DNA of 59,018 bases from Bacteriovoracaceae bacterium (lineage in GTDB: Bacteria > Bdellovibrionota > Bacteriovoracia > Bacteriovoracales > Bacteriovoracaceae): the NCBI GenBank assembly GCA_018649885.1, contig JABIHA010000063.1, forward strand, positions 1 to 59,018. The letters run 5' to 3'. The position numbers and the translations under genes are program-made. Below are positions 19,367 to 28,996 of this stretch, one piece after another (position 1 is the first letter of the stretch; every line of letters begins with the position of its first letter). A model generated the notes under the pieces. That model saw only the letters and a list, made by a program, of their open reading frames with translations, searched no databases and was not told the DNA's origin.

Positions 19367-21000
19367 TAAAAGAACCTCTTTTTTCTCATTTTAAAGGCCT
19401 TGGTTGGGAGCAGATGATTCTTTGTTGTCTCCCATTTAAGTTCGCCCATATTACTTATAAAAATATGATCTCTAATATAAGTGACCACCTTATCTGGGTT
19501 TCTTTCATGGAGTTTATCAAAAAGGATATCCCCTAAAAGGTGACCTATAAGTGAGCCCACTTTCCAGTAAAGAGAAAGCGAGCAATTTTTAAAAATTTGA
19601 TCAACACTAGTTGTTTCATCTAGCAGTTCAGTAGCGACCTGGTAGGCCTTGTATTCAGAGCTTTTTGTTTTCTTGTAATGATCTCTTTTTTTTATTAAAT
19701 TGCGGTAGTGATCACATTTTCTGTGTGGATTGATTATTTTACTCGATATGTAACATGAAATATTTAAATTTAGAATTGCCAGAAACTTTTTTTCCCTACT
19801 ACCACTTATTAGGCATTGGTCGAATTCGTTTGGATCAATGAGGGAGGAGAAGTACAGGTGTGCTCCTGCAAGGTAGCTCAAGCGGTTTATTGAGTAGAGG
19901 GGACAGTAGTAGCTAGATGTAAATGGAATTTTGAATAACTTACTGGTAGTCAGTAACTTCTGATATAGAGTGGAAGATTTTTTGTCTTTTATTTTGTCAA
20001 TTTGCCGTTGAATAAAATCAATTTTCCGGTGGTCATAGAGAGTGAAGTTTTCAATTTTATCTTTTATATGTGGTCTTAGATTTAATGATTTGTAAATTTC
20101 ATGGCAAAGAGTATGAAATTGATCGACGGTTGAGCTGCTGAAAGTTTTACTACCTGTTTCCATTATATATTCATGAATATCAAAATCTGGGTCATCTATT
20201 AAATTTTCATACCAATAAACCATGCTTTCATATTTAATCCATGGAGGAGAGCTTTGAATGCTAAATTCACTATTTGAAAATTTAACGATGGATGATTTAA
20301 TTTTGGCATCTTTTAATTTCCAATAAACATGATCAAGGTTTTGGTGAATGATAGTGTGTGACTTTTTAATATTTGAATCTTTTAGAAGTTTTTGAACTTT
20401 TTTAGGTAGTTTATTTGAAAGAATATGTAATTCTCCAAAGAGAATAAGCATTTTAGAGTCTTGGTTTTCACTCATTAGTGCTTGGATTTTTTCTGCTGCA
20501 AATTTATCGCGCTCTTCTAGTGTTCCTTTGGAGTTAAGCCCATAGATTGGGATTTCTTGTTTCCTGGCCTCTTTAAAGAGATCCTTATAGTGGTTCCAAG
20601 GAAATCTCCATGAGTCGTGGTACTCAATAGATTCTAAGAATTCGAGCTCAGTGATATTGGACGATAAAAATGCATCTAGGTAGTCCTGGTGTTCAGCATC
20701 TACCATTTCTAGGCCTAGGATCAGATTTTTTTTCTGATTAGTTAGATGCCTCATAACTCTTTCTAAATTTCGACTATTTTGGTCAAATGTATGGAAGTCT
20801 CCTAGGTATATTAAATCGGAGTTACCAACGGCCTTTAGAAGGGTTCCTGATGTGGCGACCTTAAAGGGCATCTTGCTAAATTTCGTCTGGTTTTGGCGGT
20901 ATAGCTTTAAATCCTTAGAAGCTGATACTTCAAAGCTGAGCGCTTTTTTTTTGATATTGCGATAGATTCTTTTTTGAAGCTCTATTATTTCAATGGCCAT
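19366..21000 (-). CDS. ChaN-family domain protein with C-terminal extension
   Basis: IYLGDFH, LGLEM, GLN, ERD, GELH motifs. Confidence 0.7.
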   Translation of the reverse strand: MAIEIIELQKRIYRNIKKKALSFEVSASKDLKLYRQNQTKFSKMPFKVATSGTLLKAVGNSDLIYLGDFHTFDQNSRNLERVMRHLTNQKKNLILGLEMVDAEHQDYLDAFLSSNITELEFLESIEYHDSWRFPWNHYKDLFKEARKQEIPIYGLNSKGTLEERDKFAAEKIQALMSENQDSKMLILFGELHILSNKLPKKVQKLLKDSNIKKSHTIIHQNLDHVYWKLKDAKIKSSIVKFSNSEFSIQSSPPWIKYESMVYWYENLIDDPDFDIHEYIMETGSKTFSSSTVDQFHTLCHEIYKSLNLRPHIKDKIENFTLYDHRKIDFIQRQIDKIKDKKSSTLYQKLLTTSKLFKIPFTSSYYCPLYSINRLSYLAGAHLYFSSLIDPNEFDQCLISGSREKKFLAILNLNISCYISSKIINPHRKCDHYRNLIKKRDHYKKTKSSEYKAYQVATELLDETTSVDQIFKNCSLSLYWKVGSLIGHLLGDILFDKLHERNPDKVVTYIRDHIFISNMGELKWETTKNHLLPTKAFKMRKKRFF

Positions 21001-21051
21001 GAAAATTAATACCCTCTTTGCAGATATAATAACACGCCCAATATTGTGCAG

Positions 21052-23913
21052 CTAGGAATTGATGGTGATTTGATCTCGAATGGTTTGGTTTATAATTTCC
21101 CCCGTGCTTTGAAGGGTCGCTGCGGTAGTCTCAATGAGCTTTGAATGCCTCTCTAGGACTTCTGCTAGATCTTTAGAAGCAGGGACTTTTAGATTTTGTA
21201 GTATTGAAAGGCTTGGGTATCCTTTGGCGGCCTTAAGAATATATTTAATGAAATTGAGTATGTGAATATCTGAGTAAATGCTAATCAGAAGAATTTCTCC
21301 TGAATGGATACTGAGCCCATTATCTCCATTTTCACTTTTAATTGATGTTGCGTGAGTAAATGGCAATTTCAAATCATTAGATTTGTTGGTATTAATCTGT
21401 ATAAAAACTTCTTTATTATTTGGGAAAATGGGGTGCTTCTTAATACTTTCGAGAGATTCAATAATTATTGGGTTATTAAAAAGTACTTGTGAGCGGTATG
21501 ATGAATTCGAAAGCTTTGCAAGTGCAATACCTAAGCTGTTTTTAAAGATACATAGACTGCCAAGCAACTCCCATGGAAATTGTGATTTTAATAAGCTCAG
21601 AAACTGAAGGTTTTCATTGAATTTTCTCTCAAGACTTTTGGGGTGCATACCAAGAAGTTGTGTAGAGCTGCTTTGAAAGAAATCGAGATCATGGGGAACC
21701 TCTCCATTTTGATGAAATGATCTTGAAAAGAACTTTGGTACGAGTACTTGCTTGAGTTTAGATTTTAACTTGCTGGGATTACCTGTTAGAGAAAGGCCTA
21801 GAACTTGCTCGCCAATTTGAGAGCTAAAGAATTCCCTGAATATATTAATATTAATTTCTTTTTTCTTAGGCACCATTCCAAAATATGAGCAAAGAGCTTC
21901 TCCGCACTCATCTTTTTTACTCTGGTAGGTATCAGAGGGAATAATATCGACTTGGGGCATTCCTGAAGTTCTAAAATCCACGATTAAAACATAGGGAAAT
22001 TTTTCTTCTGCCCTTGTGGGGAGTCCCAATAGGTCAGTTGGATCAAACCAATTGGACTTACCATCCTCACTTTCAATTTGTTCAATAAAGAAGAATTCAT
22101 CTAGTGGTAGACATGTTTTGAGTAATTTACCAAAAAAGAATGGATGAGTTATTTTATTTGAGTCTTTTGAACTTGAGTTGATGAGTTTTCCATCAACAAT
22201 GGCATCTTGAAAAAATTCAAAACTAAATCCATCTCCCAAATCATTTTGATATAGAGGAGTGCAGTCAGGCTTCTTCTGAGTGAAGAATTGTTTTAGTTCA
22301 GTATAGAAAAGGGAGAACTTGCTAAAGGTCGCGAGCTCGCCATTAAATCTAAAGCTTAGGCATGGCTGTTTTTTATTGGTGAAAAACTCTTCACCACAAT
22401 TCATTTGCATCGCCTTATCTAGGAAGATCTTAGAATCTACAACTGATCTTTTTTTGCTGAATACATAAAGATAAGGAGTTAGCTTCCCCCTACTTTTTAG
22501 TGTGTCAAAATTAAAACTGCCCTCAAGTCTAAATGCTTCTAGCAGTGTAGATAGTCTTTCACTTTGGCTTGGGACAAATAATTTTTTTGAGCTGAATACA
22601 TATAAATAACCGCCGTCACACAGTGTATTTTCATGTTTCATAATCTGACTCATGAGAAAAAACTGTGGGTTGTTTTTGGGGAACTCATGAAGGTTTAGAA
22701 CAACTCTATCGTATTTTTTCTGCTCAGAGCTTTCCATGGACTGAAATAGTGCAATTTGAGGACTTGCAGATTTTAAATGTTTTTTATGCCTGTCACATAA
22801 GACTTGGGTAATGAGTTTTGTAGGGAAAACTCCTTGTTTCACAGCAAGCCTAGTGAGAAACGTTAATGAGTGAAGTTCAAGGCATATCTTTGAAAAAGAC
22901 TTATGACAGTCGTCATCATTTTCAAATTCAGGACAAAGAATTTCTTCCCATTTAATATTTTGATTCGCCTCTTGGGCCAGAAAATGTGAAAGCGATAGAG
23001 AGTTTAAAAAGTCCCCTTCAAATTTACAATTGACCACCTGGATTCTATTTTCTTCTTCGCCTCGGTCATTACGACCTTGATACCCTTTTCGATCACCCTC
23101 AAGCCACTTGGGAAATTCAAGTAGTAGTAGGTTGAGAAATTGCCCAAAAATTTGGCTCGAAATAGAATTAGATAGAGGAGTGGTGCCTAGATTGGGTGTG
23201 CATAGAGGAAGTAGTTCTTCAATTCCAATTTGCCCAAATTGGGACGCAACTTCTTTAATTTCTTTTAGGTACTTTTGATTGGGCTGATACCAGCTATATT
23301 GATTGATCTTAAGTGCATGAGAATTGAGATCTAGTGTACTACCTTTTTGGAAAATAAGGGAGAAGAAGGAATTTGGATTCAATATATTTCGGTCTTTATA
23401 ATCGAGACCTGCTTCAATTCCTAAAAAAGTTAGCAGTCTAAGTTTTAAAATATAAATAATGGCCACTTTGTAGCAGTAGCCATCTAAGAATTTATCAATT
23501 GTTTCTAGGTACTGACCATCACTAGTGTGTAAGTGCTCCCAGAAATTTGTAAAGTCATCTAGCCCTTCTGTTCTAATGGCATTTTCATCAGCGAAATAGA
23601 GAAATTCTCTAAAGAGCGCCATTCTCATAAACTTGGGAAAGTTCTTTGTACTGAGGAATTGTTTAAAGACATCTTTTTTTATTTTAGAAAGAAGTTTTTC
23701 AAGTGTTAGAGAAGATTTAGAGGTGAGATCAAAACCGTTCCAACCTGGTGTAAAAAATTTTGAAGGATTAAATTGATCAGAGTTTTCAAAAATTGCGTAG
23801 GAGTTTTTCTGCACTTCTGGGAGTGCAGGCAAGTTTTGCCCATATGCCTTTTCAGCACAACTTGTTTGATTATTACCAAACCAAACTTGTGCATCAATGC
23901 GCGTTTTGGTCAC
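21052..23913 (-). CDS. Large hypothetical protein with degenerate N6-adenine MTase-like fold
   Basis: 953-aa ORF; YDRVVLNLHEF and LCDGGYLYVFSS segments resemble MTase motifs IV and VI. Confidence 0.6.
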   Translation of the reverse strand: MTKTRIDAQVWFGNNQTSCAEKAYGQNLPALPEVQKNSYAIFENSDQFNPSKFFTPGWNGFDLTSKSSLTLEKLLSKIKKDVFKQFLSTKNFPKFMRMALFREFLYFADENAIRTEGLDDFTNFWEHLHTSDGQYLETIDKFLDGYCYKVAIIYILKLRLLTFLGIEAGLDYKDRNILNPNSFFSLIFQKGSTLDLNSHALKINQYSWYQPNQKYLKEIKEVASQFGQIGIEELLPLCTPNLGTTPLSNSISSQIFGQFLNLLLLEFPKWLEGDRKGYQGRNDRGEEENRIQVVNCKFEGDFLNSLSLSHFLAQEANQNIKWEEILCPEFENDDDCHKSFSKICLELHSLTFLTRLAVKQGVFPTKLITQVLCDRHKKHLKSASPQIALFQSMESSEQKKYDRVVLNLHEFPKNNPQFFLMSQIMKHENTLCDGGYLYVFSSKKLFVPSQSERLSTLLEAFRLEGSFNFDTLKSRGKLTPYLYVFSKKRSVVDSKIFLDKAMQMNCGEEFFTNKKQPCLSFRFNGELATFSKFSLFYTELKQFFTQKKPDCTPLYQNDLGDGFSFEFFQDAIVDGKLINSSSKDSNKITHPFFFGKLLKTCLPLDEFFFIEQIESEDGKSNWFDPTDLLGLPTRAEEKFPYVLIVDFRTSGMPQVDIIPSDTYQSKKDECGEALCSYFGMVPKKKEININIFREFFSSQIGEQVLGLSLTGNPSKLKSKLKQVLVPKFFSRSFHQNGEVPHDLDFFQSSSTQLLGMHPKSLERKFNENLQFLSLLKSQFPWELLGSLCIFKNSLGIALAKLSNSSYRSQVLFNNPIIIESLESIKKHPIFPNNKEVFIQINTNKSNDLKLPFTHATSIKSENGDNGLSIHSGEILLISIYSDIHILNFIKYILKAAKGYPSLSILQNLKVPASKDLAEVLERHSKLIETTAATLQSTGEIINQTIRDQITINS

Positions 23914-24070
23914 TAAAAAACCCCACCTGAAATCAACGATTTCAGTAATTTAAAAATTCCCCACCAAATCAAAGTAAATTTATGACGGCAGACATTTCTA
24001 TCAAATACCGCAATTTTTTGTCATGGAAAATTCTCTTATTTTATAATTTTTTTTATGCCGCGCTAAGATG

Positions 24071-24097
24071 TAAAATAATGATACGGAGTGCCGACAA
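24071..24097 (+). promoter_or_regulatory. Sigma28 (FliA)-type promoter
   Basis: TAAA-N15-GCCGACAA, one mismatch from TAAA-N15-GCCGATAA. Confidence 0.7.
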
Positions 24098-24142
24098 GAG
24101 ACATGTATGCAAGGTATTAGATTACCTTAAGCTTTTGAGGAG

Positions 24143-24829
24143 ATGAAAATGGCGGATGATGTCGAAAATTTAGATGAAGGTTTTAATGAAGCTGAGTTAG
24201 CCGATATTATGAGCGAGATTGAAAGCTTGGAAGAAGAGTTCACTTCAGATGATGACTCAGAGGCCAAAAGCGAAGTAGCTGAAGAGGCTGCACCTGTAGC
24301 AGAAGTTGCTGAAACTGCGACTGAGCCGGTGGAAGAGGAAGTCGTTAGCGAAGAGGCTCCTGTGGAAGCATCAGCGGCAGAGCCAGAGCCAGAAGAGGTG
24401 GTAGCTGCGGAAGTCGAAGAAGAAGCCGCACCGGAAGAAGTGGTCGAGGCAGTCGCTGCAGAGCCTGAAGCTTCAGAAGGTGAAGCCGTGGAAGAAGATC
24501 CAGTTTCTGAAATAGTTGAGCCGGTGGCAGAAGTTTCTGAACCTGTGCAGCAGCTAGTCGCCCAAGTGGAAGAAGAAAATATTGTGCCTATTTCAGCTGC
24601 GTCGCCAATGACTCCCAGCGTTCCATCTATCGCATCAGGTTCTGGTGAAACAACAATGGAGTTTTCAGTAACTGGGCAATTAACAGTCAATTTAGTTTTT
24701 AAAGTAGGTGATCAAACTGCAAAGATTTCAGTTAGTGAGTCAGAAGGACTTGTGGTTGGCCTAGATGGTGGGGCCAAGTTTGTTATTCCCATCAATAGCA
24801 GTGGTAGCAGAGAGAAAAAGGCCAGTTAG
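24143..24829 (+). CDS. Acidic, largely disordered hypothetical protein
   Basis: GAGGAG RBS; E/A/P/V-rich linker between an N-terminal helix and a C-terminal beta domain. Confidence 0.8.
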   Translation: MKMADDVENLDEGFNEAELADIMSEIESLEEEFTSDDDSEAKSEVAEEAAPVAEVAETATEPVEEEVVSEEAPVEASAAEPEPEEVVAAEVEEEAAPEEVVEAVAAEPEASEGEAVEEDPVSEIVEPVAEVSEPVQQLVAQVEEENIVPISAASPMTPSVPSIASGSGETTMEFSVTGQLTVNLVFKVGDQTAKISVSESEGLVVGLDGGAKFVIPINSSGSREKKAS

Positions 24830-24956
24830 GCCATTTTCTAGCGCTCTATAAGGCCATGTGGACATTGTCTTACATGGCTTCTTTTCATCTTTCCAAAATG
24901 TCTTCAAAAAAGCACAATGATTAGGTCAGATCAAACTCTTAACTAAGTGATAATTT

Positions 24957-25445
24957 ATGTCTGGGAAAACGGCCCTATACGCTGGTACCTTTGATCCATT
25001 TACCAATGGTCACTACGATATTATTAAACGAGGCTTACCACTATTTGATGAGCTCACAATACTTCTTGCAGTTTCTCCTACGAAAAAGCCACTTTTTCCA
25101 GTCGAGGAAAGAAAGAAGATGATTGAAGAGCTTTTTGAAAACAATTCGAAAATTAAAGTGGCACACTGGGACGGCTTAGTTGTAGATTTTGTTAAAAGAA
25201 ATAAAATTGATGTTATTATCAGGGGCTTAAGGCCCACAGGGGACTTTGAATTTGAGTTCCAGATGGCATCCATGAATAGACATTTAGAGCCTGAAGTTGA
25301 GACGGTCTTTTTTATGACTGGAGAAAAATATTATTTTGTTTCATCGACTCTAGTTAAAGAAGTTTACGAGCACGGTGGTAAAATTTCTGAATTAGTACCA
25401 CCTTCAATTCATAAAAAATTAATGGGATTAAAACAAGGTAGATAA
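24957..25445 (+). CDS. coaD: Phosphopantetheine adenylyltransferase
   Basis: GTFDPFTNGH, IRGLR, VSSTLVKE. Confidence 0.97.
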   Translation: MSGKTALYAGTFDPFTNGHYDIIKRGLPLFDELTILLAVSPTKKPLFPVEERKKMIEELFENNSKIKVAHWDGLVVDFVKRNKIDVIIRGLRPTGDFEFEFQMASMNRHLEPEVETVFFMTGEKYYFVSSTLVKEVYEHGGKISELVPPSIHKKLMGLKQGR

Positions 25446-25450
25446 GTCAC

Positions 25451-26680
25451 ATGGAATTAAGTTCGAGAGTAAAAGCTGTAGGGGATAGTGTAACACTGAA
25501 GTTAAACGAGAAGGCAACCATCCTTCAAGAGGAAGGTAAGCAGGTTTACAACCTGACAGCTGGACAACTTCCCTTTAAACCACCAAAAGCATTTATGGAT
25601 TGTATTGGTGGTGAATTAAACCTTCTCAAAAGTTATCAATATGCTCCAGTTCCTGGCTTTGTTGATTTAAGACAAAAACAAATCGCCTATTTTTTAAAAA
25701 GTCGTGAGCTGGATATTAGCGATGTCGATATGAAGCTTGATTGTGTTGTTAGTAATGGTGGCAAGCACTCTGTCTACAATACTCTTGGCTGTCTTATTAA
25801 TCCTGGAGATGAGGTAGCTTTGATTGCACCTTATTGGGTTTCTTATCCTGAAATGATTAAATTTTGGGGAGGAAAAATGTGTGTTGTGAAAGGACATACA
25901 TATGATGCCTATATTCCCAGTATGGAAGATATTAAAAGTGCTATTAGTGAAAAAACGAAAGTGATTATAGTTAATAGTCCTAACAATCCAGCAGGAATTC
26001 ACTATCCAAAAAAATGGATGGAAGAATTTGCACAACTGTTAGAAGAGTACCCACAGCTCTTAGTTATTTCTGATGAAATTTATTATGAAGTGGCTTACTT
26101 TGATCCCAAGCCGACATATTTCTATCAAGAAAATCCTGAGCTTTTAAAAAGAACAATTATTATCGACGGAATTTCTAAAAAACTTGCCTGCACTGGACTT
26201 CGAATTGGTTTTACTATGGGACCATCGCATTTTACTAAGGCCTACGGAAAACTACAGGCACAGACAACTTCTGGAGCTAATAGTCTTATTCAAAGAGCAT
26301 TGATCGATTTTGACTTTGGAAATATCAATACATTTTTGGCCCCAGCAAGAACCCATTTGCGAAAAAATGCAGCTCTCTTACAAGAAAAATTTAGAGACGC
26401 TGGTCTTGCGAAGTGTTGGTATCAAACTCTAAGCGCATTTTATTTTATGATTGATTTTTCTAGGACTCCGCTTTTCGAAAAATATTCAAAAGGTGAAGCC
26501 TCTGGAGATTACTCTTCACAAATTGCTGAGGACCTTTTGGTAAAAACTGGGGTGGCCGTTGTGCCAGGTACAGACTTTGGAATGCCCAATTCTGCCAGAT
26601 TTAGCCTAGTACTTGATGAAATTCCTTTCGCTGAAGCCGTCAGTCGCATGACTTTATTCTTCACAGATCAGCTCGACTAA
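25451..26680 (+). CDS. PLP-dependent aminotransferase class I/II
   Basis: NSPNNPAG, SDEIY, GISK, GLRIG. Confidence 0.9.
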   Translation: MELSSRVKAVGDSVTLKLNEKATILQEEGKQVYNLTAGQLPFKPPKAFMDCIGGELNLLKSYQYAPVPGFVDLRQKQIAYFLKSRELDISDVDMKLDCVVSNGGKHSVYNTLGCLINPGDEVALIAPYWVSYPEMIKFWGGKMCVVKGHTYDAYIPSMEDIKSAISEKTKVIIVNSPNNPAGIHYPKKWMEEFAQLLEEYPQLLVISDEIYYEVAYFDPKPTYFYQENPELLKRTIIIDGISKKLACTGLRIGFTMGPSHFTKAYGKLQAQTTSGANSLIQRALIDFDFGNINTFLAPARTHLRKNAALLQEKFRDAGLAKCWYQTLSAFYFMIDFSRTPLFEKYSKGEASGDYSSQIAEDLLVKTGVAVVPGTDFGMPNSARFSLVLDEIPFAEAVSRMTLFFTDQLD

Positions 26681-26795
26681 CCTAGTTTTAGGTAGATACG
26701 TAGCGTCAAAATTTTCTGGGTACACCTGTAAACTTCTTTTTGGGACAATGATATGAACCCTTTAGGCAGCTCCATACGCTGGCCTGATTAATGGC

Positions 26796-27821
26796 ATGGA
26801 GGCCATGACGGGAAATAAATTATTGTCCCCCCTATTGAGGATACTATGTATCGTTTCTCTCATTTGCTTTACCGGTTGTGGTAAAGACGATGAGCAGTTG
26901 CGTGACGATGCTATAGAAAAGGCAAACTACTGGTTAACAAGCTGGGAGTGTGACAAGGCCCTCGCAGCACTAAACGAAGTCGGGAACCATCCTTATCATG
27001 CTAGATATCTTCAAACGCTTGCCAGTGCCTATGCATGTAAAGCCGGATTTAGTGAACTTACTTTTTGGGGAACTGATCTTGCAAAGATTGGAACGTCTGC
27101 TACCGCGGTACTTGGAAGTCTGACTACATTTACAACCTCGCTTATGACCTTTCACAATGACAACAGCTATGGAGATCTCTTAAAGGCAATCGATACACTG
27201 CTTTATGCTGGGAATATTCAACTAAACGATGAACCCAGTTCAGGGGCTAGACTTGGAAAATTTACCACTGCAGAAGTGGGAGATATGAACTTTCAGCTTA
27301 TCATGATGATACTTGCGCAAATGGGAAAATTTGGTTTTTACTATGGAAATGCTAACCCAGTGGATGGCACTAAAGGAAATGGTGCCGTTGCTAATGGAAA
27401 TCCTAACGGAAACCCAAACTCCTGCTTTTACACCTACACCGATGCTGGGGTAATTGTTTACCTGGGAACAGGATTTACTGGAGGTTGCACTGATGTGACC
27501 AATGCGGCTACTGGCGGTCACCCAGAACTTGCTGGTGGAGGGGTTGGAACTGCAGATAGGGTCTCTCGTATGTGTCAGGGATTGGTTTTGTTTAACAACT
27601 TTTTTGATGTACTCGTTAATACTACTGTCTCTAGCAACTCAGGAAGTCTTCAAGGATTAGATACTACCCTTACAACATTTTACAGTGCAGCTTGCACTGT
27701 CATCAATTTGGGAAATATTTGTACTATAAAAAGTCAAACAAGGTGTGAATCACTTTACGCCGGTGACTTGGTTTCCCTTCAAAAATACTATGCATATGTT
27801 TATGAAACAATGTTCCAATAG
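26796..27821 (+). CDS. Hypothetical helical lipoprotein
   Basis: Lipobox FTGC; TPR-like N-terminal helices; several Cys. Confidence 0.8.
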   Translation: MEAMTGNKLLSPLLRILCIVSLICFTGCGKDDEQLRDDAIEKANYWLTSWECDKALAALNEVGNHPYHARYLQTLASAYACKAGFSELTFWGTDLAKIGTSATAVLGSLTTFTTSLMTFHNDNSYGDLLKAIDTLLYAGNIQLNDEPSSGARLGKFTTAEVGDMNFQLIMMILAQMGKFGFYYGNANPVDGTKGNGAVANGNPNGNPNSCFYTYTDAGVIVYLGTGFTGGCTDVTNAATGGHPELAGGGVGTADRVSRMCQGLVLFNNFFDVLVNTTVSSNSGSLQGLDTTLTTFYSAACTVINLGNICTIKSQTRCESLYAGDLVSLQKYYAYVYETMFQ

Positions 27822-28956
27822 AGGAGCTTTCACATTCATCTTTTTGTTTCTAGTCTCATTTTCTGCGATGGGGAAGGAAACTATTTATCTGCAAAGATCT
27901 CCCAGGGCACTATTTATGGGAGATGCCTTTACAGCTCTTGCCGATGATGAATTTACGCTTTTTTATAATCCCGCTGGTCTTGGGTTTCACCATGGTTTTT
28001 CCATGAGTGCTGTTAATCCAAAGGTGGGAATAACTAATTTACTGGATGATAAAGAGAAGTTCGAAAATTTTCCTGAAAATGATCCCGTCGCCATTGCAGA
28101 TAGGGTGATTGGGATTCCAGTGCATTTAGAGCTTGCTGCCGTTCCCTCAATTAAGATGGATCACTTTGGACTTGCTGGGTTTTATAGTGTTAATACAGGT
28201 CTTGGTTTAAATAATAAAATTCATCCTACACTTGAGATGGACTACCGCTATGACAAAGGTTTTGTAACCGGCTTTGCTTATACTACAGGCTCAGGAAAAC
28301 CTCACTTTCAAAAAAGAGGAAAACCGCTTTCTAGAGGTTGGTTATGGTCATTTGGGGCAGGTGTTAAACATATAAGTCGGGAAGGCCTTGCCGGGAAATT
28401 CAATTTGTTTGGAACCTCACTTTTAAATACTATTTCAAATGGTGTTGAAGATTATTATGAATTCAGAGACGCTCTCGGTTATGCCAAGGGCTCTAGTTGG
28501 GGTGTTGATATTGGCTCCATCTATAAAGTGACTTGGAGTGAAATGTTTACTCTTTCAGTCGGGTTTAGCATCATGGATATGTTCGATACCCAGTTTAGTG
28601 TGGAAGAGGGCACAGCAGATATTCCCGATCAAGATATGATGATCAATACAGGGATGGCCTTTACTCAAGACTTTGGATTATTTCACTATACTATTTCTAT
28701 GGATCTCCACCCGATGAATCACGGGCTAGAGTTTTTTAGGATGTACCACGCTGGAGTCGAGCTTGGTTTGCCTATTCTCAGTCTCTATGGCGGATATAAT
28801 GGTGGAAACTTGAGTTATGGGGTCGGAATTAATCTGTGGGTTATGAAACTATATGGCGGTTTTTATGAAGTTGAGAGGGGAGTTGACCTCGGTGACGAAA
28901 GTGAGCAGCGGGGTCTGTTATATCTTAGCATATTAGACTTTTCTTTCGATGCATAA
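27802..28956 (+). CDS. Outer-membrane barrel, FadL/PorV/TraF-like
   Basis: RALFMGDAFTALADD...FYNPAGL N-terminal motif; start taken at ATG 27802 (ORF track 27745). Confidence 0.75.
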   Translation: MKQCSNRGAFTFIFLFLVSFSAMGKETIYLQRSPRALFMGDAFTALADDEFTLFYNPAGLGFHHGFSMSAVNPKVGITNLLDDKEKFENFPENDPVAIADRVIGIPVHLELAAVPSIKMDHFGLAGFYSVNTGLGLNNKIHPTLEMDYRYDKGFVTGFAYTTGSGKPHFQKRGKPLSRGWLWSFGAGVKHISREGLAGKFNLFGTSLLNTISNGVEDYYEFRDALGYAKGSSWGVDIGSIYKVTWSEMFTLSVGFSIMDMFDTQFSVEEGTADIPDQDMMINTGMAFTQDFGLFHYTISMDLHPMNHGLEFFRMYHAGVELGLPILSLYGGYNGGNLSYGVGINLWVMKLYGGFYEVERGVDLGDESEQRGLLYLSILDFSFDA

Positions 28957-28996
28957 CTCCCTATCCTTATAGTGACTTACCCTTTTTTATTAGAAT

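Noticed and set aside
24127..24690. Antisense Ser/Ala/Thr-rich ORF and similar nested antisense ORFs
   Set aside because: Shadows of the sense-strand genes
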